The notes below the pieces were generated by a model. It was given only the letters and a program-made list of their open reading frames with translations. It was not told the origin of the DNA and did not search any database. From Octopus bimaculoides (lineage: Eukaryota), in contig NC_069004.1 in the NCBI RefSeq assembly GCF_001194135.2, positions 19,689,263-19,753,262 on the forward strand: a DNA stretch of 64,000 nt. Direction: 5' to 3'. This document shows, piece by piece, positions 39,378 to 53,700 of the stretch. Position 1 is the first letter of the stretch. The number at the start of each line of letters is the position of its first letter. The position numbers and the translations under genes are program-made.

Positions 39378-42300
39378 GCTTATGTGAATGCAGGTGGTTT
39401 AGTGGTCAGGGTACTTGGCTTGCAATTGTAAGGTCATGAGTTCGATTCCTGGCAGCATGTTGGTGCTTGAGCAAGACACTTCATTTCACTTTTCTCCAAT
39501 CCACTCAGCTGGCAAAAAATGGTTGTATCTGTATTTCAAAGAGCCAGCCTTGTCACATTCTATTTATCACTGAGTCTCCCCGAGAACTACATTAATGATA
39601 CACATGTCTGTGGAGTGCTCAGCCACTTGCATGTTAATTTCATGAGCAGGCTGTTCTGTTGGTTAAATCAACCGGAACCTTTGTTGTCGTAGCCAACAAA
39701 GTACCAGGATCATACTTCTCAACACTACCTAAACTCACCATCCTCTTAGTTTTGGGGTTTCTTTACCCCAGCAAGTTACTAGATGACCTCACTAGTGTTA
39801 ATGCCATAAAAAGATGCAGCATCCAGTAGACTCTGTGAAATAGCTGGCATTGGGAAGGGCATCTAGCCATAGAAACCATACCAAAACTGAGATATTAAAG
39901 CAAGTTGTGGGACTCTGAGCTGTTAGATCCTGTTGAACTGTACAACCTGTATTTGTATGGAGAGAACATGTAAAATGACGATATCTTTTGAACTGGTGCA
40001 TTTGATTTATTACATGGTGCCATTTTTAGGAAAATGAATATTATCTCATGTCTTAATTGATACGTGTGTGTGTTTATTTCACACACAGACACCTATATGG
40101 CTATAGACACAAGCAAGGCTTTGTGGCAAGCAGTTTGCTTCCCATTTGGATGGTTCCAAGTTCAGCCCCGCTGTGTGGCACCTTGGGCAGGTGTCTTCTA
40201 CTATAGCTTCAGGCCAACCAAAGTCTTGTGAATAGATTTGGTAGACAGATACTGAAAGAATGCTATTTGTGTATATTTTTATTTGCTTCAGTCATTTCAC
40301 TGTGGCCATGCTGGAGCACCAGCTTTAGTCGAACAAATCAACCCCAGGACTTTGTAAGCCTAGTATTTATTCTATCAGTCTCTTGTTGAACCGCTAAGTT
40401 ATGGGGACAAACGCAGACGCACAAACATATACACATACATACGTTTCTATATATATATAACAGGCTTCTTTTAGTTTCCGTCTACCAAATCCACTCACTA
40501 GGCTTTGGTGTTCCCGAGGCTATAGTAGAAGACACTTGCACAAAGTGCCACGCAGTGGGATTGAACCTGGAATCATGTGGTTCCAAGCTACTTACCACAC
40601 TGCCACTCCTGTTGTAGGTGAGTGTGTGTATGGTTGTCACTGTTATACTAGCAGTGTCATTCATTTCCAATATTCTGTGAGAGCATATCTGGCCATGGGG
40701 AAACATTGCCTTGTTTGGAAACAGATGAGAGATAGCAACAGAAAGGGCAACTAGCAGTGGGAAATCTGCCTCAGTAAACTCCACCTGACCCATGAAAGCA
40801 TGGAAAAACAGATGTTAAAACGATGGTGATATATATGAATCTATTTAAAATTATGAAAACCAGAATAAGGTTTTTATCACTGGCATGGCTGTGTGGTAAG
40901 AAGATTGCTTCCCAGCTACATTATTCCAGGTTCAGGTTCACTACATGACACTTTGGACAGGTGTCTTCTACTATAGCCCTGGGCTGACCAAAGTCTTTTG
41001 AGTGGATTTGGTAGATGGAAACTGAAAGAAGCCCGTCCTCTATCACTGCATCACAACTGGTGTTGGTTTGTTTATATCACTAACTTGCCAGTTAGACATA
41101 AGAGAAAGACAAAATAATTACTAGAGTCAATTCATTTGACTAAAAAGCCTTCAAAGTGGTGCTCCAGCATGGCCACCATGCAATGATTGAAGTGAATAAA
41201 AGTATAATAAATATCATCTGAATGTTGGACTTCTGAATCGTCCTGTATTTTGACATATGTGTCATTTATATCTGGTTGAATTTCAACTTTCACAAGTGAC
41301 ACACACGCAACAACGTAGATAAAAAAAGATAAATGGAATGAAATAAAATAAACATTAATACCAAAACTCATGCTTGGCAATTTGGTTTATTGCATTTAAT
41401 TTTCTGCTGTTTGTAATTCCAGCATCTGTCAACACACTGTCAAGGCTACAGCAACAAAATTATCTGCTGAAATTTATATATACATATATATATATTGCTT
41501 ATCAAGCCAATGCAGATTTTTCCCATTTCATATCTAGATTTTAAGCTGCATTTCGGCCCTGATCAAGCAGCCGCATGATCAAAGGCATTCCAAGCATGAC
41601 TATCCTGGCAGTTTTCCCAGGCACATCTCACTCAGGCCTTCATTTATTTATTTTTTTTTGATGATGGTGGAATTTGAGGCAGATTTAGCTGCAAGTTATT
41701 TGTAGACTATCTTCTTATTTATCACTTGTTTCGGTCATTGGTCTGTAGCCATACTGGAGCACAGCCTTGAAGGTTTTTTTAGTTAGACATAAATTCCAGT
41801 ACTTATTCTGTAGTTTCTTTTGTTGAACTGCTAAGTGATGGGAGAACAACCACAAAGATATGCACACTTTGCATGCGTGTATAATGATATCTTTCTTTTA
41901 CTTCTTTTCTGTCATTAGACTACGGCCATGCTTGAACACCACCTTGAAGAGTTTTTAGTCCAACGAATTCATCATCATCGTTTAACGTCCGCTTTCCATG
42001 TTAGCATGGGCTGGATGATTTGACTGAGGACTGGTGAACCAGAAGGTTGCACCAGGCTCTGATCTGGCAGAGTTTCTACAGCTGGATGCCCTTCCTAACA
42101 CCAACTACTCCGAGAGTGTAGTGGGTGCTTTTTATGTGCCACCAGCACAAGGGCCAGTCACATGGTACTGGCAACAGCCACGCTCAAAAAGGTGTTTTTT
42201 TACGTTCCACCTGCACGGTTGCCAGTCCAGCGGCACTGGCAACAACCTCACTCGAATGTTTTTTCACGTGCCAGTAAGGCAAAGCTGGACCCCAGATATT

Positions 42301-43669
42301 TTTTTCTTTTTAAGCCTTACTCTATTTGTCTCTTTTGCCAAACTGCTAGGTTACAGGGACATAAACAAACAAACAGCAGTTGTCAAGCAGTGGTGGTGGA
42401 CAAACAAAGACACAAATAAATAGATGTGTGTGACAGGCTTCTTTCAGTTTCCATTTACCAAATCCACCCATAAAGCTTTTGTTGACCTGAGGCTATAGAA
42501 GAAGACACTTGCCCATGGGGCCACACAGTGGGATAGAAATACCTTATTTGAAAAACAGGTAAGATTTGGCAGCAAGTAGGGTATCTAGGTTTAGAATAGT
42601 GCTTTAATAAGTCTCATCCAAATCATGTTAGCATGGCAAATACTGGTTTAGAAGCAATGATAATGATGAAGGTACTTTAACTATTCATACATTTGTCTGT
42701 AGATTTATTCTGCTACTTACCCATCTCCAATTATGACAGAGACAAATTGTTACGAATTAATTTTTTTGAGTCTTCTTAACTCTTTAACATTCAGATTACT
42801 GTGTCAAATATAATGCTTATTCATATTGCTTTGAAATGATCAGGTATTATATTATAGCTTTGGGATTTCAATGATATGATTGTTTACTTTTAAAATAACA
42901 TTGTAGAGTAGGTGTGAGAGTCTTGATCTGGCTGGTTTCAACATAAAACTGGTAGAATATTTGGGCCAGATAACTGACACTCTGTCAACTATGACAATGA
43001 TGGTTCCAGTTGACCCAATCAACAGAACAGCCTGTTCGTTAAATTAACACAAAAATGGCTGAGCACTTAACAGACACTCATACCCTTGACATAGTTTTCA
43101 GGGAGATTAAACATGACACAGAATGTGACAAGGCCAGCTCTTTGAATAGCAGTATTGTTTGTATTCCGGTATTATATTCTAAATTCAAATTTTGCCAGAG
43201 TCAACTTAGGGTCTATAAAATGAGTACGAGTTGAGCACCGGGGTCAATGTAATCAATCTAGCCCCTTCCCCAAAATTGCTGACTTTGTTCCAAAATTTCA
43301 GCCCATTATTATTATTATGGATTGACTGAATCATCAGTGCCGCAGACAGCATGATTTGCAGTGTTCTGTTTATTCGAGCTCTTTTATATTCTTAATTCAA
43401 ATCCTACCAATGTTAACTTGGCATTTCACTCTTCTGGGGTTCATGAAGTAAAGTACCAGTTAAGCACTAAATTGATTTCAACTACTAACACTTCCCCCAA
43501 ATTTCTGGCCTTGGGCCTATGTCAAAAACATTAGTATCGTTCTTCATTGACATTTAATGTCTCTTTATGCTGGCATGGCTTTGATGGATTTGCTGTACAA
43601 CAAACATATCACTCATTCATTTTACATCCATTTCTTCCATGCTAGAATGAGTTAGACACACGCTTAAGA

Positions 43670-43797
43670 AAGAAAGATGACAAAGGAAAAATACTATTAT
43701 GAACTTCATTAGCTTACAGCTGTCTTTGCTGTAAGTTGCAGTGATCTCATGGAAACAGCTGTAAGCTAATGAAGTTTATTCCTTTGTCATCTCTCTT
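43670..43797. repeat. Foldback hairpin with ACAGCTGT palindromes
   Basis: AACTTCATTAGCTTACAGCTGT pairs with ACAGCTGTAAGCTAATGAAGTT, with outer arms GATGACAAAGGAA and TTCCTTTGTCATC. Confidence 0.8.
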
Positions 43798-44566
43798 TGC
43801 TTTTACCGCTCTATACTTTTCTAACACTTTGTTCTGAAACACACATATATTGAGTTCTACATTAGATTATTAGCCTTGCAATGCCTAAATGATATATATA
43901 TATATATATATATAGGGTGTGGGTCTCATGATCATAAGATAGTGGTTTTGATTCCTGACCTAGGTGACGTGATGTGTTCCTGCACAAAACATTTCATTTC
44001 ATGTTGCTCTAGTCCACTCAGCTGGTGAAAATGAGTAAGCTGGCATCCTGTCCAAGAATTGGGAGGAATGTATACACCACAGAAACCAAGAAACCAGCTA
44101 TATGAGTCTATACGATTCCAGAAGGATATATATATATATATACAGAGAGAGAGGCAATTATGTACATAAAACAAAAGTATGTATACATGCAAAAGGTGGA
44201 AACTTTCAGGTGATGAATTTTTATATATAAATATATAGATAAGTCCAACTTACACAGAGTAGAAGTAACATCCCTTTAATTCTGTCATTTGTATTCTGTG
44301 TAAGTTGGACCAATTAATATAAAAATCTATATATTTATACTTAAAAATTCATCTCTTGAAAGTTTCCATCATTTGCTTTCTCTCGTTCTGCATGTATACA
44401 TATTTTGTATTTAATGTTTAATATATTTAATGCATCTAATTTGTTTATCCACGTAATTGCCTCTACACCTGCTCGACATGATCCCCTGTCGAGACATCAG
44501 AGTCTAAGTTTGAATCTTTTGAACACTACTGTCTTCTATACAGAGAATCTCTGGATCTCATCTGTG

Positions 44567-44610
<44 letters not shown>

Positions 44611-44809
44611 CTGAAGGATTAAAATTAATCAAAGGACATAGTAAGTATGTCTACCTGCTGGAAATAACAGTCAAAACTCTTATTTAAATCGCCTATATTA
44701 TTGATTCTGTTATTATCATTTTTAAATTGTTACACTAGATAATAACAGAGTCAATGTCTTCGCAAATTATTATTTTCGTGAATCATTTTTTTCTCATGAA
44801 TTATTTGCT

Positions 44810-44843
<34 letters not shown>

Positions 44844-44849
44844 TCATAA

Positions 44850-45345
44850 TCATCATCGTTTAACGTCCGCTTTCCATGCTAGCATGGGTTGGACGATTTG
44901 ACTGAGGGCTGGTGAAACCAGATGGCTACACCAGGCTCCAATCTGATTTGGCAGAGTTTCTACAGCTGGATGCCCTTCCTAACGCCAACCACTCCGAGAG
45001 TGTAGTGGGTGCTTTTACGTGCCACTGGGACGAAGGCCAGTCAGGAGGTACTGGCAACGGCCATGCTCGAAATGATGTATTTTACATGCCATCTGCACAG
45101 GAACCAGTCCAGCGGTACTGGCAATGAACTCGCTCGAATGTCTTTTCACGCTCAAATGGTGCTATTTACGTGCCACCAGCACGAAAGCCAGACAGTTGGT
45201 GCTCTGGCAACGATCACGCTCAGACGGTGCTCTTAGTGATTTACTGGTACTGGTGCCATCATGATTTCGCTTTCGCTTGCTCCAACAGGCCTTCGCAAGC
45301 CAAGTTTAGTGTTCAATGAAGACGTTGTCATGGGTGCCAGTCTAC
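44850..45345 (+). mobile_element. SINE-like family D with (CAT)n end and internal repeat modules (others at ~15690, 22725, 41970 plus; 38800 and 47590 minus)
   Basis: CATCATCGTTTAACGTCCGCTTTCCATGCTAGCATGGGTTGGACG...CAGCTGGATGCCCTTCCTAACGCCAACC is nearly identical between copies. Confidence 0.8.
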
Positions 45346-47599
45346 AAATTTAGTTCGATTTTGATTTCACTTGCCTCAACAGATATGATTAGGGCATTGT
45401 TTTACAGCCAGATTCTCTTCCTGTTGCGAGTCTCTTATTTCCACATGTGTTCAAATCTACAAAGTAACAACAGCACTACTTGTAGTGTTGAGTGACTTTC
45501 ATTGAGCACAAATGTATACAAACTATTGTATGTACACACACACACACATGACAAGTGTCTTTCAGTTTCCATCTACCCAATTCACTCATAAAGCTTTGGT
45601 TGCCCTGGGTACTGCTCAGTGAGACTGATACCATTATCAGAATTTTTATTATCTCATTCTTAAGTGGAGGCGCATAGCTTAGTGATTAAGGTATTGGTCT
45701 CAGGATTGTAAGATTATGGTTTCGATTCTTCAGCTGGGTGACGTGTTGTGTTCTAAAGCAAATCACTCCATATCACATTGCTCCAGTCCCAGCAAAAGTG
45801 AATAATCCTGCGGCGAACTGGCATCCCATCCAGTTGGAAATAAATACACCACACAAAGCAGGAAACTGCACCTATGAGTCTATGTGATTCTGGAAGAATC
45901 TTTGTCCTTTATTCTATCCATTCTTTAGTAGCGTTACATGCTGAGATTTAACTTAATCCCTTGTCATGTCCTTGTACTATCTCAGTCTGGTGAGGAGGTT
46001 CTCAACCATTTTTTATCTTTGAACCCCTTTGATTTCTATTTTATTCTGGTGGACCTCCTTAGCCATTCACTGTTTGAAAACTAGTTTTGTAGAAACATCT
46101 TTCAAAATTCCTATTTGCTATTCACACATTAACTTGTGTAGGCTGAACTAAGTAAAATGTTAGAAAAAGAAACCTCGCTGTTTCTTTTAATACCAATATA
46201 TACATCTGAAGCAAAAATTTTTCAGGGCCCTTAAAATATTATTGCAGATCCCTAATTTACTATTCCAATCTGGAAATTTAGTGAAGGTAAACTGCAGAAA
46301 CTCATTATATATGTACATAATATACTAATTTTCATTGTATATCAGTGATAGATATAAACATAGCAAGAAATCTCCAAAAGAAACGGTCTTTTATGAACAA
46401 TATTCCAAGCATGGTTATGTGGTTAAGAAGTTTACTTAACAGCTATGTGATTTAGAGTTCTTTCCCACTGCATGGCACCTTGAACTCCTTGTTGACAAAA
46501 GCCGTGGAAATGGATTTCAAATAGAAATTGAAAGAAGCTTTTCATATATATTTGTGTGTGTATATTTGCTTACATTCTGGGCTTCTCTGAAAATAGCTGA
46601 ACTACAAGTGGTGACTTCAATTTCCTCTGTCAACAAGTCATTCATTGACTTTATGCTTTCTGAAATGTGTGGAGTAAAAAGATTCCTTACTTGAAAACAA
46701 ATTAAGGTTAGCATTCAGCACTGTAAAACAATGCTTCAATAATATATTTATCTGACATGCTTTGGTGGAGAAATGAGCATAAAAAATGAACAAACATCAA
46801 GTTATAGTCATTCTTTTCCCCTGTTGCTGTAAGAAATATGATTGTCTAGTTGAGCTAGTTTTGTTTCTGAGGAGACTAGCAGTACATTATACTAATTACT
46901 TTTATCCAAGAACACAAACCAGAGAGCATCTTCAAGGTGTGCTTGACCTGCTAAAAATCATATCCAATTCCACGTTATAAGAAAGAAAAAAAGACTGAGA
47001 AAAATGTGATTTAAAAACTGGTTCCCACAGATTTTTAAAGACTTAAAATTAGAAAATCCCATATTTATGCTTTTTATGCCAACCTGTCTAAGACTACCCT
47101 TGGTTCTATGATAAAGAAAAAAAAAACTTCTTGACTTGTAAAGTGATCAAAAGTTTAAACCATTGAAATTCCATGTTAACTAATGTTACAAATACCAGTT
47201 TAATAATTAGTTATTCTAAATTCTTCAAGATTTTCGAAATTACTTGAAACAAAAACAGTGATTTCACCAGAAATATAGTAATAAAATAGTTAATACTTGA
47301 GCAGGATGAAAAATAAGTTTTTCCATAATTTACATGAGGTAAATAATAATAATAAACTTTTTTTCATATTTAGCTTAAAACATACAGTCTTGGTAATACA
47401 AACAGGAAAATAGACCTCAAAACACACAAGTATGTATATGTATATATAAACATATGCAGAGTGGTTGGTGTTAGGAGGAACATCCAGCTGTAAAAACTCT
47501 GCCAAAACACAGTTGCTTGGGGGTAGTCTTCTATCTGGCTGGCTCCTGCCAAGCCGTCCAACACATGCCTGCAGGGAAAGCAGATGTTAAACGATGATG

Positions 47600-47630
<31 letters not shown>

Positions 47631-49034
47631 CATCGCCTTACTGGCACTTGTGCCGGTGGCACGTGAAAAAGCATTCGAGCGAGGTCGTTGCCAGTGCCGC
47701 TGGACTGGCTCCTGTGCAGGTGGCACGTAAAATACACCATTTTGAGCATGGCTGTTGCCAGTACTGCCCGACTGGCCTTTGTGCCGGTGGCACGTAAAGG
47801 CACCCAATACACTCTCAGAGAGGTTGGTGTTAGGAAGGGCATCCAGCTGTAGAAACTCTGCCAAATCAGATTGGAGCCTTGCCAGTCTTCAGTCAATTCT
47901 TCCAACCCATGCTAGCATGGAAGGCAGACGTTAAATGATGTTCATGATATATGTGTGTGCCATGTGAGAAGCACCCAATAAAGTGGTTGGCATTAGAAAA
48001 CACAACCAGCTATAGAAACTAATCTGAAAGACAGTGGAACCCGGTACAGTATCTGGCCTTACTAGTTCCTGTCAAGCCATCCAACCCATGCCAGCATGGA
48101 AAATAGACATTAAGTGTTGATGATGATGATGCATATTTATTCACCTGTATTGGGAACACCTTGAAAAAAAGTTGTATAAGAATGTCAGTCTTTGGATAGG
48201 AATTGGTATTATAATTGATTTAACATGAATTAATTAGATGCACAGAACCATCTGAGGACCCTGAGACACACGTATTGGAATTTTATATGTTGGAAAATTT
48301 TAATTGAAGTTGTATAACTCTCCAGTCTTTATTATGTCTTTCTAATATACTCTGGAATTTTACACAAAATCTTTCTAAGCTAACTCTGGATTTCCCAATG
48401 AAAAAGAGTACAATTGTAATTGTTTATTCCACACAATTCCCAATTAGTATCGTCGTTATGAATATTTAATGTCTTTTTTTTCTATGATGGTATGGATTGG
48501 TTGGACAGCTAGACAGGCACTGGCAAGGCTAGTTGTTGCACCAGGTTCCATAGTCTGTTTTTGGCTTGGTTTCTACAGTTGGATGCCCTTCCTGACACCA
48601 ACGACTTTACAGACTGTACTGATTGCTTTTTACGTGGAACCAGTGCTTTTTTACATGGCACCTTGGTTTAAGGATCTCAATTGTGTTGGGGTACGGCAAT
48701 GCACCACATATCACAAAATCTTCTGTCAACTCCATAAAGCTTAGCATTTTGAGATCAGCCTTCACTACTTCATCCCATGTCTTCCTGGGTCTCCCTTTTC
48801 TGTAACTTCCCTCCTCAATATGGTTAGCAAAGTCTAGATTTAAAATCCTTATTCCTTTGTGCTAAATATTATTTTATCTAATCAGCAGGAATTAGAAAGT
48901 AACTCAAGGGCTGAGAGTTTTGTATATTAGGACTTATCAAATCTGGTTTCAAATCTGCTGATTAAATTAAAAAACAACTTAAAACATTAAAAAAAAAAAA
49001 CTTTTCATGTGAAGTGTCACAAAGTCAAAATCAT

Positions 49035-49424
49035 TACTCTTACTTGATTCAGTCATTTGACTACGGCCATGCTGGAGCACCGCCTTTAGTTGAGCAAATC
49101 AACCCCAGGACTTATTCTTTGGAAGCCTAGTACTTATTCTATCGGTCTCTTTTGCCGAACCACTAGGTTACGGGGACGTAAACACACCAGCATCGGTTGT
49201 CAAGCGATGTGGGGGCACAAACGCAGACACAAACATACACACACATACATATACATATATACGACGGGCTTCTTTCAGTTTCTGTCTACCAAATCCACTC
49301 ACAAGGCTTTGGTCAGCCCGAGGCTATAGTAGAAGACGCTTGCCCAAGGTGCCACGCAGTGGGAATGAACCCAGAACCATGTGGTTGGTAAGCAAGCTAC
49401 TTAACACACAGCCACTCCTGCGCC
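49035..49424 (-). mobile_element. SINE family A, full copy
   Basis: Close reverse complement of 25260-25650. Confidence 0.85.
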
Positions 49425-50514
49425 TATTGAGAACTATTTTTGTCGACTTTTTTTTGACAAAAGATAGGATGGCCATGGTCGAAATATTTTTCGTCATTGG
49501 TCTCCTCAGTTAGGATTGAACCAGGGTGAAACGACAATCAGCAAATAAAGAAGTGAGGTATTTTACAAAATCCCTCTAAACTTTTCTTCGTTTTCAAAAT
49601 CATTTGAAATGCATGATGTTGGGTATTTCATTAGGAATATGATCGTTAATGAGTTAAGTATTAACATGGGTGCACAGGTATGTGTGTATTATGCTAGGTG
49701 CAGGTATGGTCGTTAAAAAGTTTGTTTTGCAACTACGTAGTTTAAGGTTCAGTCCTACCACACAGTATCTTTAGTAAGTTTCTTCTACTATGGTCCCAGG
49801 CAGATGACTGTCATGCAAGGGAATTTGGTAAATGGAAACTAGTGGCAGCCTTCGTAAGTGTGTGTGCATGCACAGAAGTATATGTCGGTGTTTTATTTTT
49901 TTCCATGCCCATCACTGCTTGAGCAAACTGGTACTGATGTTGACATTATGACCACTCTACTCTGTCAAAGACCTGTCGACTAAAGATATCTTTTATTTGA
50001 AAAATGGTAAGAGTTGGTGGCAGGAAGAGCATCCAGCTGTGAAATCTTGTCTCAAAAGTCACCATCCAAATCTTTGTTAGCATGAGGGAAAAAAAAATCA
50101 ATGTTAGATGAATGTACACACACATATGCATAGATTCAACTAGTTGTAGCAAAACTGTCCCTGCTGAAATTCATCACATCATGATCCTATGTGCCACACC
50201 CATCAACAACCCCTTATCGTCTTGCATTTGCAAGATTTTCCAGCTTATAATCTACGTGGCATGACTCGATATCAGATGCAGATGCGACTCATTTTCAGCT
50301 GAGTAGACTGAATGAAGGAAGGGGAAAAATGTTGTCTAGTACAGGAATTGAACCCTCAATTTTACAATGTAGAATCCAACAGCTGAACCACCAGGCCAAG
50401 TACCTCCACATCATTAGGTTTTATTTAACCCCAATGTTTTGTTTTCTTATATTTTCAAACTAAAAAAAATAAGTAAATTTTAGATTAATAATTTATTTCT
50501 TCAAAATAACTTGT

Positions 50515-50726
50515 TTAACCCTTTAGCTTTCAGATTCCTCTGTCAAATATAATGCTTATTTATTCACATTGTTTAGAATTAATCGTACATTATCTTGTAG
50601 CTATGAGAAACTGTTAATTTTTAGAATGTTATTGTAGGGTTGATGTGAGAGGCCAGATCTGACCAGTTTGAATATAAAACAGAATATTTTGGCCAGATAC
50701 GAGTAGTTTAAATGTTAAAGGGTTAA
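50515..50726. mobile_element. piggyBac-like MITE, full-length copy
   Basis: TTAA-CCCTTTAGC...GTTAAAGGG-TTAA, ~210 bp. Confidence 0.8.
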
Positions 50727-53700
50727 ACATTTACATATTTTCTTTGAAGCATATTTTACTCTACTCCTGTTTTTGATTATTACATATATATGTGTGTATA
50801 TATATATATATTCACATACACAGACATCTCAGACAGAATAAGTTTTGAAAGATTTATTTCTAGAAGCAAAATAATGTAATTTGAGGCATTTAAATACTTC
50901 ATCTAGTATTTAGTAGACATGCCTTGTGCAGTTTTTAGTGGTTTTAGCTCACTTGAGCATTGTACTAATGAGTGGCATTTGTACAGATGAAACAATATAA
51001 TGAGAGGTGTCTACTTACTTTTAAGATGTCTATGTGTGTGCATACTATATATATATATATATATATACATGTCTTTGTATATGTTTGTGTTTTGTTATAT
51101 AAGGAGTGCAGCAGCCAAAACCAAATCATTCTCAGTTATCTGTATGTATTCCTAAATTGGACTACATATCACTTTTTTTTGTGTGTGTGTGTTTAAGGTT
51201 GGAGGGAGCACTTAATCCTTCCTTGCTTTTCAACTAGTAGCCTTTTCATATTGAACTTCACTTTGGTATGGGGGTGGGGTATAATACAAGAGATGTTAGA
51301 ATAAATCTCTGGTCCAAATTCTATTATGGACCCTAGCTGTGATACTCTTGGGAGAACTCAAACTTAGGCTAGCAGAACGTTTTTTTTCTTCCAACCATAT
51401 TGTATCTAAGATTACATGATCTAATGCCACTTACTGTTTTGTAAGACATGATGGTTTGATGTCAGAAGCTTTAGCTGATTGAGCAACTAAATAGAAGCTC
51501 CCCTTGTTGGCTTGTTTACAACGGTTTGGACACTTGATTTTGTAGTACAGAGATAAATGGCTTCTTTCTGAAATTGCCAACATCTGATCATTTCTCACAT
51601 TTGCCAGTAGCCCACATGTATTATATCGTAGACGTAAAAATATCCCTACTTGTCCCTCCCATTTCCATTACTTAAAATTAAACGAGTTCTCACTCGATCA
51701 GCATCATCTGGTTGAACTGCCTTGCCTGGATCAATGCAACTCCTCCATGCCAGCTGCCCTTGATCAAGAGATGTGTTATAAACCTCTACCTTGGGTTTTA
51801 GTTACATTATTTTTTCACTAGCTGAAATTTCTCCTTTGTACACCTCACAACTACAGTTGATAGTGGTAGTTTGGTAACTGAACTGGTTGATCCTGGCAGT
51901 TGACAGTTTGTTGTCTGTTCACTTGCTCAGCATCAAAGTGATATTAGCTATCTGTCAAATGATATTAGTTCATCTGCCAAAACAGTTCACATCCACCATG
52001 CTGCAATCCATGATTTCAACCTATCCTAGCTCAGATGGTTATATACTATTCATAACCCATAGTTAGGGCCCTAACAGGTGCTACTTGTCCAAGTCAGAGT
52101 AGACATGGTAACAACAGTAGTTAAGAGGTGGTTCCACACTCCTCAAAATCCTCAACAAGAGACCCACTACTGGACTCAATTTAAATTCATACCCAGAACA
52201 AAAGTCTAAAAGCCAGCAACTGCTTCAATAGCCTACAAATACATAAAATTGGAAAAATTCTTAGAAAAGGACCAAGATCCAGAGAACACCTAAATGACCC
52301 AGCTACTGCTTCCAACTCTTGCTATAGAGTGTTGGGTGAGCTACTTGTAAAGAGTTGAAATCTGCAGTTAATTTTTATGTTACGTCTTCAGTTCATCTGA
52401 CAGGAATAGATAGCAAGACATTACCTGTGGTAGACTGTGGCCCTATCCAGGAGATAAATCTATCACTCATCTCTCACTATGGCACTAAAATAATAATACA
52501 GCAATTCTACTTCCTAACTATGGTACCCATTTACATCTAGATGGACTGAGCTAAACAATCATTGACTTTTGCTGGGGCTTATTACAGCACACAAGTAAAA
52601 GTGAATGAGAGAATTTACATGATTGTTTGAACTGCTAGAAATAGCTGCCAAATCTCCTTCAAATGAAACTTTACAAGGATACATTGGACGGCGTAGTCCC
52701 AGATAGTTATTCTTTTTTTGTTTTTCTTTTAGCCAGACCATTTGCAGAGTCTCCAAGTGTGGTGGGTGGAAGGGAGGGAAGGAAGGAAGGAAGATGTTAT
52801 CTTCCAGCCAGAAATTTGACCTGAATGCTTACAACAGAGTGGGAATCTGCTAAAAGTATACAACATCCCCAGTGGAGGTGTTGAATCAGGAAATATATTC
52901 AGTCCACCACTGAAGTCTAAATATGGCTCAAATGTCTTTAATCGTCAGGTTGGTCAATGAAGGTGTGGCCATGGACCATTTCAGGGACTCTAAGACTGGT
53001 GAGAAGTTAATATCCTGACAGGAGACCTAGGTTGAATAACTTTACTAGAGCGAACTTCACTAAGGGTGGAGTAATCAAGCTAACCCTACTCCCAAAATGA
53101 ACTGGCAGAGGTGGTAGGTATAATCCACTGTATCAACTCTCAATATTTATTTTACCAAACCCAGAAGGATGAAGGATAAAATGGCCTCTTTAAGATGATC
53201 ACTGTTTTACGTTCACTTTTCCTGTGCTAGTCTGGCTTGGGTGAGACTTAAAAGCAGCATTTTGTGGCTACTTATTCTTCCTACCACCAACTTTTGCCTG
53301 TTTTTCAAGAAAGGTATTTTTATTCCTTTATCATACTCTTGCTTCTCAACACCTGGCATAAGCCACCTCACTCAATACTACACTCCACTCAATCAAGGAG
53401 TCTTATCTTGTGAGCTTCTGGGTGATCCCACCAGTGCTGGTGACACAAAACAGCACCCAGTACACTTTGTAAAGTGGTTGGTGTTAGGAAGAGCATCCGA
53501 CCATAGAAACCAGGCTAAGACAGATGTTGGAGCTCAACACAGTCTTCTGCTTTGTTGGATTCTTTCAAACTCTCCAACCCATGCCAGCATGGAATATGGA
53601 AGCTAAATGATGATGATCATCATCATTTTCACACATAGAAACTATAAAACAAGAGGATATACTGTTTGCAAATGTGAACATGACATTGCTGTCACCGAAA

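Noticed and set aside
48895-48960. Strong minus-strand acceptor (TTTAATCAGCAG) followed by DLKPDLISPNIQNSQPL
   Set aside because: There is no good donor before the stop codon, so it cannot be joined confidently to the other candidate exons.
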